Below are positions 16,483 through 25,110 of a stretch of DNA of 25,110 nt, one piece after another. Position 1 is the first letter of the stretch. Every line of letters starts with the position of its first letter. The stretch covers positions 1-25,110 of the IMG/VR virus record IMGVR_UViG_3300032243_001428; one strand, given 5' to 3'. Origin of the DNA: a virus. Taxonomy: Duplodnaviria > Caudoviricetes. Made by a program: the position numbers and the translations under genes. The notes under the pieces were generated by a model, which was not told the origin of the DNA, made no database searches, and worked only from the letters and a program-made list of their open reading frames with translations.

Positions 16483-16500
16483 CTACAATAAGGTATATCT

Positions 16501-19500
16501 ATGGCTTTAACTACTCGTCAAACTAATCTGTTGGTCCAGCAGGACTGGACCAAGATTTATCAGACTTTCCAAAACGCGGATTTCACCAGCTACGATTTTG
16601 AAACGCTACGCAAGACCATGATTGATTACTTGCGTACCACATACCCCGAAGATTTCAACGACTTCACAGACTCGAGTGAATACATTGCCCTGATCGATCT
16701 TATTGCGTTCATGGGACAAAGTCTCGCATTCCGTGCAGATCTCAATGCCCGCGAAAACTTTATTGATACAGCACAACGTCAAGACAGTGTGTTTAAATTG
16801 GCACGTCTAGTGGGTTACAGTCCCAAGCGTAACACAGCCGCTCAGGGTGTATTAAAAATTGAAAGTATCAGTACCAGCGAGCAGATATTTGACAGTAACG
16901 GTACAGATTTAACCAATTTGATCATCAATTGGAACGACAGCTCCAACGAAAATTGGTACGAACAAATGACAGCAATTTTCAATGCTGGACTGGTCAACAG
17001 CCAAGTGATTGGCAAACCCGGAAGTACTGCCACGATCAACAGTATACAGACCGATACTTACAGTTTTAATATTGTTCCTGGGCAAACTCCGGTGTACAGT
17101 TTTAACGCATCAGTGGAAAATCGTACCATGGCTTTTGAAGCAGTCAGTGCCGCAACCACAGGACGCGATTACATCTACGAGCCTGCACCAGTACCAAAAT
17201 CTATTTTCAACATTTTGTACAGAAATGATAACTTGGGCAATGGCAGCAACAACACTGGATTTTTTATATTTTTTAAACAAGGCAGTTTGAACAAAATTGA
17301 TTTTAGCCTGGGTGAAAATATACCTAATCGTACAGTTAATATAAATTTTAACAACATTAATAATTCAGACGCCTGGCTGTATGGAACCAATGCACAGGGA
17401 GTGGCCAATCAATACTGGACACAGGTGGCCGCAGTGGCCGGAACCAACGTGGCCTATAGTCAAACAGCAAACAGATACATTTATCAGATCAACACACGGG
17501 CCAATGACCAGGTAGATTTGATATTTGGCGACGGAGTATTTGCCAATATCCCACAAGGTAACTTTACTTTTTACTATCGCCAAAGCAACGGGTTAAATTA
17601 TAAAATCACGCCAGATGAAATCAGCAAGGTGAATATTCCGGTATCTTATGTGAGCCGAACAGGTCGAGTTGAGACAATGACTTTGACAGCCAGTTTGCAA
17701 TACACAGTTACCAACTCCAGTTCGTCAGAAAGCCTGGCCGATGTTCGTGCCAATGCCCCGCAACAGTACTACACACAAAATCGCATGATCACCGGTGAGG
17801 ATTATAATATCCTACCATTCAGCTTGTTTAATTCAGTGGTCAAAGTCAAGGCTGTGAATCGTACCAGCAGTGGTGTAAGCCGATTCCTAGATGTGTTGGA
17901 TGTCACAGGCAAATATTCCAGTACCAACATTTTCTGCGACGACGGATATCTTTACAGAGACACCAACTCCACGGATTCATTTAACTTTAGTTTTTCAACC
18001 ATTGGCGATGTCAATGATGTTGTATACAATCAAATTCGTCCCATATTAACAACACAAAAGTTCACACATTTTCGTTATAACACAACTCCTAGATACACAT
18101 TGTCAACGGATGATGGTGGATCACTATACTGGAATAGTCTCACAGCATTTACCAATGGCGGAACTGGCCAGTTAGAAAGTTCTCCGCCCTCTTCAACCAC
18201 GTCAGTGGGCACAGCACTGTCAATTGGCGCAGGCTTGGCCTCACCAACTTCGCATAGAAATATGATTAATCAAGGTGCAATGATTAAATTTACTGCACCC
18301 ACTGGGTATTTCTTTTCTGCACAAAACACAATCAAAGCAGGAACAGCACAGTATCAAGGTGAGCATAATTATATCTATGCCGCGGTAATGGCAGTAAATT
18401 TAACCACTAGACAATTGACATTAAATGCTCATATACCCGATGGTGCCATTGCGTCGCAAGTGATTCCGGTGCAGGCCACAGATTTTGCTGTGGATTCTAA
18501 AGCCAATTTATACACCGATGAAGTCACGGTGTCAAGAATTTCAACGTTGATACGATCATATCAAAGTTTTGCCATCAGATATGATCTAGTCACCGGCACA
18601 TTTAGAATCGTAACAGCTACCAATATCAACAGCACTGGCGTGTTCAGTTTGGACAACGCAGAAGATGCATCTGGAAAGGCATTAAATTCCAGTTGGTTAA
18701 TTTTGGTCATGTACAACAACAATCAGTTCACTGTGACCAGTCGTGGATTGAATTATGTATTTGAAAGCGTGGGAGAGACTACGTTCTACTATGATACCAA
18801 ACTTAAAGTATATGACAGCAAATCGGCCAAAGTACTGCAAGATCAAGTTGTTGTGTTAAAAATTAATCAAGCACCTGACAGCGCCAATGCAATTGGGCAA
18901 AATATTGTTTGGCAAATTTACAGCAATGTGATCAGCAGTGATGGTTATAAAGATCCCACTAGAGTATTAATTACATTCCCTGACAGTAACAACGATGGGG
19001 TACCAGATGATCCAGATCTATTTGATACTGTGGTAAATCCCACAGTGAATATATCAAGTAAACTGGTGTTCTTCAAACAACAAGTTGATCCAAACAATGA
19101 TGCATTTATCAACACAATACCAGTGGATAAAGCCAGTATAGTGACCGACTATACAACTTTGACAGACGTTAAACTACACGGCGATGCTTATATCCCCGGA
19201 CAGATATTTTATGCCACTGCTGAAGGTAAATTCTACAGCCTGGACAGCACAAACCCCACAGTGACCAGCATGTTAACAGATCATGTTGCTTACTCAGGCC
19301 GCCAACAATTGAGTTTCCAATACAAACACGTGAGTCCAAACAATCGTAGAATTGATCCTAGTCCCAACAACATCATGGATTTGTTTATATTGACCAAGGA
19401 CTATTCTACCAGTTATCAGGCTTGGATACGCGATACATCAGGCACAGTGATGGAACCCACGGTTCCAACCAATGAAGAGCTATCCAGCGCCTACAGCACA

Positions 19501-19950
19501 TTAAACAACTACAAGGCTCTCAGCGATAGCATTGTTTATAATCCAGCCACATTCAAACCTCTTTTTGGAAACAAAGCCGATGCCAGTCTGCGAGCAAAAT
19601 TCAAAGTAGTTGCCAATCCAAATATTGTAACCAGCGACTTTGAAATTAAATCAGCGGTGATTGCTGCCATCAATGCGTACTTCACTGTGGACAACTGGGA
19701 CTTTGGTGAAACTTTTTACTTCTCAGAGTTGAGTGCATATTTGCATCAAACATTAACTCCCATTGTTGCCAGTATTATTATTGTGCCAGCTGATCCCAGT
19801 ATTCAATTTGGTGCAATGTATCAAGTCAATGCCGACAGCAACGAAATTATTACCAGTGCTGCCACAGTGAACAATGTGGAGGTAATAACTTCTATCACTG
19901 CAACCAATTTGAATCAAACAACCACCTATAATGCACAACTTGGAATATAA
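16501..19950 (+). CDS. gp6: Baseplate wedge subunit, T4 gp6-like
   Basis: DFETLRKTMIDYL, ENFIDTAQRQDSVFKLARLVGYSP, LIFGDG, and ES...R.NAP..YYTQNRMITGEDY. Confidence 0.92.
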   Translation: MALTTRQTNLLVQQDWTKIYQTFQNADFTSYDFETLRKTMIDYLRTTYPEDFNDFTDSSEYIALIDLIAFMGQSLAFRADLNARENFIDTAQRQDSVFKLARLVGYSPKRNTAAQGVLKIESISTSEQIFDSNGTDLTNLIINWNDSSNENWYEQMTAIFNAGLVNSQVIGKPGSTATINSIQTDTYSFNIVPGQTPVYSFNASVENRTMAFEAVSAATTGRDYIYEPAPVPKSIFNILYRNDNLGNGSNNTGFFIFFKQGSLNKIDFSLGENIPNRTVNINFNNINNSDAWLYGTNAQGVANQYWTQVAAVAGTNVAYSQTANRYIYQINTRANDQVDLIFGDGVFANIPQGNFTFYYRQSNGLNYKITPDEISKVNIPVSYVSRTGRVETMTLTASLQYTVTNSSSSESLADVRANAPQQYYTQNRMITGEDYNILPFSLFNSVVKVKAVNRTSSGVSRFLDVLDVTGKYSSTNIFCDDGYLYRDTNSTDSFNFSFSTIGDVNDVVYNQIRPILTTQKFTHFRYNTTPRYTLSTDDGGSLYWNSLTAFTNGGTGQLESSPPSSTTSVGTALSIGAGLASPTSHRNMINQGAMIKFTAPTGYFFSAQNTIKAGTAQYQGEHNYIYAAVMAVNLTTRQLTLNAHIPDGAIASQVIPVQATDFAVDSKANLYTDEVTVSRISTLIRSYQSFAIRYDLVTGTFRIVTATNINSTGVFSLDNAEDASGKALNSSWLILVMYNNNQFTVTSRGLNYVFESVGETTFYYDTKLKVYDSKSAKVLQDQVVVLKINQAPDSANAIGQNIVWQIYSNVISSDGYKDPTRVLITFPDSNNDGVPDDPDLFDTVVNPTVNISSKLVFFKQQVDPNNDAFINTIPVDKASIVTDYTTLTDVKLHGDAYIPGQIFYATAEGKFYSLDSTNPTVTSMLTDHVAYSGRQQLSFQYKHVSPNNRRIDPSPNNIMDLFILTKDYSTSYQAWIRDTSGTVMEPTVPTNEELSSAYSTLNNYKALSDSIVYNPATFKPLFGNKADASLRAKFKVVANPNIVTSDFEIKSAVIAAINAYFTVDNWDFGETFYFSELSAYLHQTLTPIVASIIIVPADPSIQFGAMYQVNADSNEIITSAATVNNVEVITSITATNLNQTTTYNAQLGI

Positions 19951-19955
19951 AATAA

Positions 19956-22900
19956 ATGGCTGCTAATACCTCAAAATTTTTACCGTCGATATTCCAAACT
20001 GACGCCAACAAAAAGTTTTTAAATGCCACGCTAGACCAATTGACAACTGACGCTGACCTACGCAGGGTCAATGGTTATATAGGTCGTAAATTTGCACCAA
20101 CTTATAAAACGTCAGACAATTATGTAACTGAGCCCACCAAAGCAAGACAGAATTATCAACTTGAACCCAGTGTAGTGGTGCAAGATAAACAGACCAACAC
20201 AGTAAGTTTGTTTAGCACTTATATAGATCTAATACAGCAAATTGGTATTCTGGGCGGCAATACATCAGACCATAGTCGTTTATTTTCCAGTGAAAATTAT
20301 ACTTTCAGTGGCTTGTTTGATTTTGACAAGTTTGCCAACTACAATGATTACTACTGGTTGGCTCATGGACCAGACACAGTACAGGTGTATGCAGATGTGG
20401 TTGAACGACAAAAAACCTACACGGTCACAAGAAATCTCGCTGTCAGTGGATACAATTTCAGTGGCAGTGGCACAGGAGCCAATCCAACGTTAACATTAGC
20501 CCGCGGCGGAACTTATACCTTTGATGTTGACCAAGGAAGCACAGGTTTCTGGATACAATCAGAACCGGGCACTTCGGGCACACGAGCCACTCAATCAAAT
20601 ATTTCCACACGAGTGGTATATGGCGTGGACAACAACGGCGCCTCGGCCGGATCGGTGACCTTTACGGTTCCTCGCAAAACTGCACAAGACATTTACAGCA
20701 AAATGCCACTGGTGGCTCAAGTAGATTTTGTAACAACCTACACGTATGGGCAAATACAAAATCAATTGCTTAGTGTATTGTTGGCCGCGTACCCAGATGT
20801 ATTTGATGGTGTAACCACCAATTTGAGTAACAAGACGCTGGTATTTGTTAACCCCGAACAAGGCGAGGAATTCTGGCAAACAGCAGGATCATTTGACAAA
20901 ACTACTCAGGATCCTTTTACCGGCAACATGTTGTACCCAGAGCCGTTTGACTCAACATTATACGATGCAGGTTATGTTGTGGCTGAAGCCGACCGCAGAG
21001 GTGTTTGGACCATCACATTGTCGCCCACCGGCGATGGCGATTATGTGGTCAATGTGGCACCCGCAAGTGCTGTCAATGTCAATGAGCGTGTCTATGTTAA
21101 AAGTGGACTTGAGCATGCCACGCAAGAATACTATTATGATCGATTGGGCATATATCAGCTGGTGCCTGTGGTCACTGCATCTTTAGATACACTATTTTAT
21201 CAAGATGGTTCTGAAACAGGTCTGGTGGGAATAATACAATTGGTTGACAGTGAAGGGTACGCAATTGATGTGGCCGGTGATATCATTGGACAAAAAGCCT
21301 ATACCAGTCCCAACGGTGTGACATTTACCAATGGATTAAAAATTCAATTTGATAAAACTACAACCGATTCGGCCTATTGGTTGAATACATATTATATCGA
21401 AGGTGTTGGTAAATCTATACGATTAATTGATGCTGCCACCTTGGTCACACCCGAAGCCTATGCGGCCAATGGAATTACCACACCCGATTACATCACTATC
21501 AACCGAGATAGTGTAGATCGCAATGCCTGGAGCCGTAGCAATCGTTGGGTTCATGTGGATGTAATCAAAGCCGCCGCAGGTTATAACGCGACCACAGCTT
21601 TACCTGACCAAAATTTACGTGCTCAGCGTCCTATCATTGAGTTTGAAGGACATCTGCAATTGTATAATTCAGGTCGTGTGGCCAAACGCCCTGTTGATTT
21701 GTTGGTTGACAGCAACGCCATCACAGATGCCATGAATACTGTTGAAGGTTTTGGGCTGGTGGGCGGCAATATCAGTGGCGTGGTAAACGGAGTGACATTT
21801 ACCGACGGCATGCGAGTAATTTTTGCAAGTGACTTTGATAACTCTGTGCGCAATACCATATATCAAGTTCAGGCCATTGACGTCACCAATGGTGTTACTC
21901 TTAACAGACAATTACATCTGACTCCAACTGATGATGCAGTCATCACAGAGGGGCATTGTATCACAGTGATACAGGGCACGAATGCCGGATTAAATTTTTG
22001 GTACGACGGCTCTGCATGGAATCGTGGGCAACTAAAAACATCAGTAAATCAACCACCCATGTTTGATGTGGTTGATAACAACGGTAATAGCCTAGGCAAC
22101 ACAAATTATTATCCAGTAAGTAGCTTTGAAGGCACACCAATCTTTTCATATACTACTGGAACAAGCACAGTAGACAAGGTACTGGGATTCCCGCTTAGTT
22201 ATAGAAATTTTAACAGCATCGGTGATATACAATTTACCAACAACTTTGATGCCGACACAGTGACTTATGCCAGCGGACCCAGCACTATAACGGTGCCGAT
22301 CAATTACAACTTCCTGCGACAAAACATAGATTTAACCAACTATTCTAATAGAAATATTTGGGTTAAAAACGATGAAAAAAGCAAACAGTATCAAATATTT
22401 TCTTTTGCTTACAATGGCTCAACCAACTATTTCCCTGTGGATGTGTTGCCAGAACCTGAAGCACAAACACCCTACACCAGAGTGTTTGTCAACAACCAAC
22501 TATTATCGTCAGCCGACTACGAATACAAACTGGTTGGAGCTAGACAAACAGTAAGAATCAATCATACGCTGTTGGCAGCCGACGACAAGATTGATGTATT
22601 AATATACAGCAAATCATCAACTGTAACTGGTTACTACGAAATACCCAGCAACCTGGACCTCAACAGTAAAAATGCCAAATTTACATCATTGACACTGGGA
22701 CAAATTAGAAATCATGTAACTAGAATTAAAGAAAATACCAAACTAGCAGTTGATGCTGGGGTCACTGAATTCAAAGGATTACGCGACATTCAGTACAAGA
22801 GCAATGGCGGCAATATTCTACAGCAAAGTGCCCCGGTGATGTACAGCAATATTTTCTTGACTGACAAGAATTTAAATTTTGCACATGCAGTTGAATATGC

Positions 22901-25110
22901 TTCAAGAGAATACACCAGATTTAAGAATAAATTTTTAGAACTAGCAACTAAGATAGATGAGATCAGTCCCACTGATATTGCCGGTAGTGTTGATCTAATT
23001 TTAAAAAATATCAACACAGTTAAAAATAAAACATTTCCTTGGTACTACTCCGACATGGTGCCTTACGGTGATAATAAAAATGTAATCAACTATACTGTAA
23101 TAAACCCGCTGACCAAGCAGTATGAAATTACACAGGTTTTTGTTGTTTCGCAATTGAGCAATCAATCTGTGTTGGTTTATCTAAATGGCGTTCAATTGAT
23201 AAGCGGGATAGACTTTGTTTTCCCACAAGATCGTAGTGCTATTATTTTTGCTGACACTGTGACATTGAACGCAGGCGATAAAATTAAAATCAACGAATAT
23301 TACGACACCGATGGTTGTTTCATACCCGAGACCCCTAGCAAATTGGGGCTGTATCCAAAATTTATTCCATCGAGATTTACTGATACCAGTTATATCAAAC
23401 CTGCCGCAGTGTTGCAGGGACACGACGGATCAATCACACCAGTGTTCAATGATATTCGTGACGAGCTATTATTTGAATTAGAAAAGCGTATCTATAACAA
23501 TATCAAGATTGATTATGAAACACATATATTTGATCTGTACGATCATTTGCCTGGCAAGTTCCGTGATACAGATTATTCGCTGACCGAGTTCAATCAAATC
23601 TTAAGCAGTAGATTTTTGCGTTGGGTGGGTGACAATCAAGTTGACTACAGCACCAATGGATACTTTGACTCCAACAACGCATGGACCTGGAATTATAAAA
23701 AATTCAAAGACCGTGTCGACGGTGAAAAATTGCCGGGTACCTGGCGTGCCATTTATAGTTATTTCTTTGACACATACAGACCCAACACACACCCCTGGGA
23801 GATGTTGGGATTTGGACAAAAACCCATGTGGTGGGAAGCACGATATGGTGTGGCACCTTACACAGGAAGCAATACTTTGTTGTGGGAAGATTTATCCAAT
23901 GGTTACATTCATGCAGGAAATCGTGCCGGCATTGATTTCCGTTTTACTAGACCGGGACTGCTAGACATTATTCCTGTGGACGATTATGGTAATTTGTTGA
24001 GTCCAGAGACGTGGGCCACCGCTTCATTTGACAGCGCCAAGGCCAATGCCAGTTATAGTGTGGGCGACCAAGGACCCGTGGAATTCGCCTGGCGAACCAG
24101 CAGTTTATATCCTTATGCATTGCAATTTGCTCTAGCACTAAGCAAACCTGGATACTATTTTGGTAGCTTGATCAACATTGATCGCTACTATCGTAACCCC
24201 TCTCTGGGCCAATTGGTAACCAATGACACATATCAACGCATCACCCCAGACTCGGTGGCCATAAACGGATATTCCACGTCCGGAGTCATAACCAGGTCTG
24301 CCGGTTATTTAAATTGGATACGCGACCATGTGTTGAGTATTGGCATGGACCCAGATATCAATATAAAAACCTATCTAGATACAGCAACAGTTCAACTGGG
24401 GTACAAGGTTGGTGGATACACTGATAAAAAGTTTATTGAAGTATTGGCAGAACAGGGATCTCCAACCAATACCAACAACAGTATCATTATACCCACTGAA
24501 AACTACAGCATACAGTTGTCAACAAGTACACCTGTGCGCAAGGCTGTTTATAGTGCCGTGGTGATAGAACGAACACAAAATGGCTACACTGTCAACGGTT
24601 ACAATCAAAGCAGTCCATATTTTACTATTATTCCAAGTCTGGCCAACAATAACTATTATGCTATTTCGGTACTAAAATCTCGTGGCATAATTTATAAAGA
24701 TTATCAGCCCATTAAATTAACTGTGCCTTATGGTTATGAATTTGGAACCACGCAAGAAATAGTTGACTTTTTAATCAGCTACGGCCGCTACTTGGCATCA
24801 CAGGGTTTTAGATTTGACCAACAAGATGAAAACTTACAAGAAACACGCAACTGGGTATTGAGCTCAAAAGAGTTTTTAAACTGGAGTCAGCAAGGCTGGA
24901 ACCCCGGCAGTATCATTATACTGAGCCCGGTGTTTGACAAGATTACCTGCGTTCAATCCGATGGTGCGATTTCTTACATTGAAAATACACCCAGTGGCAC
25001 AAAGATATTAAATCAAAACGGCAATTTTATTAAGAACAGCCAATTCAACGAAATGCGAGTAGGTAATACATTTACGTTGTCTGTGTCGGACAATCAGACC
25101 ATTTGTTTGG
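19956..25110 (+). CDS. Very large baseplate/virion structural protein (gp7-like wedge), 3'-truncated by the window
   Basis: ATG at 19956 (MAANTSKFLPSIFQTDANKKFLNATLDQL...). The frame reads as open at every position checked (NAWSRSNRWVH ~21520-21555, WYYSDMVPYG at 23040, ...SVSDNQTICL at the end), giving ~1718 codons. It directly follows gp6 and is absent from the ORF track, consistent with no stop in the window. Confidence 0.8.
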   Translation, partial: MAANTSKFLPSIFQTDANKKFLNATLDQLTTDADLRRVNGYIGRKFAPTYKTSDNYVTEPTKARQNYQLEPSVVVQDKQTNTVSLFSTYIDLIQQIGILGGNTSDHSRLFSSENYTFSGLFDFDKFANYNDYYWLAHGPDTVQVYADVVERQKTYTVTRNLAVSGYNFSGSGTGANPTLTLARGGTYTFDVDQGSTGFWIQSEPGTSGTRATQSNISTRVVYGVDNNGASAGSVTFTVPRKTAQDIYSKMPLVAQVDFVTTYTYGQIQNQLLSVLLAAYPDVFDGVTTNLSNKTLVFVNPEQGEEFWQTAGSFDKTTQDPFTGNMLYPEPFDSTLYDAGYVVAEADRRGVWTITLSPTGDGDYVVNVAPASAVNVNERVYVKSGLEHATQEYYYDRLGIYQLVPVVTASLDTLFYQDGSETGLVGIIQLVDSEGYAIDVAGDIIGQKAYTSPNGVTFTNGLKIQFDKTTTDSAYWLNTYYIEGVGKSIRLIDAATLVTPEAYAANGITTPDYITINRDSVDRNAWSRSNRWVHVDVIKAAAGYNATTALPDQNLRAQRPIIEFEGHLQLYNSGRVAKRPVDLLVDSNAITDAMNTVEGFGLVGGNISGVVNGVTFTDGMRVIFASDFDNSVRNTIYQVQAIDVTNGVTLNRQLHLTPTDDAVITEGHCITVIQGTNAGLNFWYDGSAWNRGQLKTSVNQPPMFDVVDNNGNSLGNTNYYPVSSFEGTPIFSYTTGTSTVDKVLGFPLSYRNFNSIGDIQFTNNFDADTVTYASGPSTITVPINYNFLRQNIDLTNYSNRNIWVKNDEKSKQYQIFSFAYNGSTNYFPVDVLPEPEAQTPYTRVFVNNQLLSSADYEYKLVGARQTVRINHTLLAADDKIDVLIYSKSSTVTGYYEIPSNLDLNSKNAKFTSLTLGQIRNHVTRIKENTKLAVDAGVTEFKGLRDIQYKSNGGNILQQSAPVMYSNIFLTDKNLNFAHAVEYASREYTRFKNKFLELATKIDEISPTDIAGSVDLILKNINTVKNKTFPWYYSDMVPYGDNKNVINYTVINPLTKQYEITQVFVVSQLSNQSVLVYLNGVQLISGIDFVFPQDRSAIIFADTVTLNAGDKIKINEYYDTDGCFIPETPSKLGLYPKFIPSRFTDTSYIKPAAVLQGHDGSITPVFNDIRDELLFELEKRIYNNIKIDYETHIFDLYDHLPGKFRDTDYSLTEFNQILSSRFLRWVGDNQVDYSTNGYFDSNNAWTWNYKKFKDRVDGEKLPGTWRAIYSYFFDTYRPNTHPWEMLGFGQKPMWWEARYGVAPYTGSNTLLWEDLSNGYIHAGNRAGIDFRFTRPGLLDIIPVDDYGNLLSPETWATASFDSAKANASYSVGDQGPVEFAWRTSSLYPYALQFALALSKPGYYFGSLINIDRYYRNPSLGQLVTNDTYQRITPDSVAINGYSTSGVITRSAGYLNWIRDHVLSIGMDPDINIKTYLDTATVQLGYKVGGYTDKKFIEVLAEQGSPTNTNNSIIIPTENYSIQLSTSTPVRKAVYSAVVIERTQNGYTVNGYNQSSPYFTIIPSLANNNYYAISVLKSRGIIYKDYQPIKLTVPYGYEFGTTQEIVDFLISYGRYLASQGFRFDQQDENLQETRNWVLSSKEFLNWSQQGWNPGSIIILSPVFDKITCVQSDGAISYIENTPSGTKILNQNGNFIKNSQFNEMRVGNTFTLSVSDNQTICL

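Noticed and set aside
19946-19958. Late promoter before the giant ORF (TATAAAATAAATG)
   Set aside because: No complete TAAATA box, and only 5 nt separate the genes; read-through from gp6 is simpler.
1-25110. Alternative genetic code (stop codon reassignment), as seen in some large phages
   Set aside because: Coding density is high in the standard code, and TAA, TAG (2776-2778) and TGA (685-687, 3635-3637) all end genes at sensible positions.

Overview
This window is part of a large T4-like (myovirus) phage genome read in the standard genetic code. The + strand starts with the 3' end of a gp26-like tail/baseplate assembly gene and a small gp51-like ORF, probably joined by a -1 ribosomal frameshift. 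The - strand carries the T4-like gp55 (late sigma) - gp47 - gp46 (Mre11/Rad50-like) cluster, interrupted by three paralogous radical SAM genes. That block ends in a compact GIY-YIG protein followed directly by a ~425-nt, densely structured non-coding region with a pseudoknot, a GNRA loop, G-U-rich stems and two-fold repeated modules; this is the best candidate for an undescribed system. Divergent from it is a contractile-tail baseplate operon: tube-initiator-like, gp53, gp27-like hub, multi-enzyme gp5 spike, gp25, gp6, and a >1700-codon gp7-like ORF running off the window and missing from the ORF track. All calls come from motif recognition by eye; no searches or folding programs were run.
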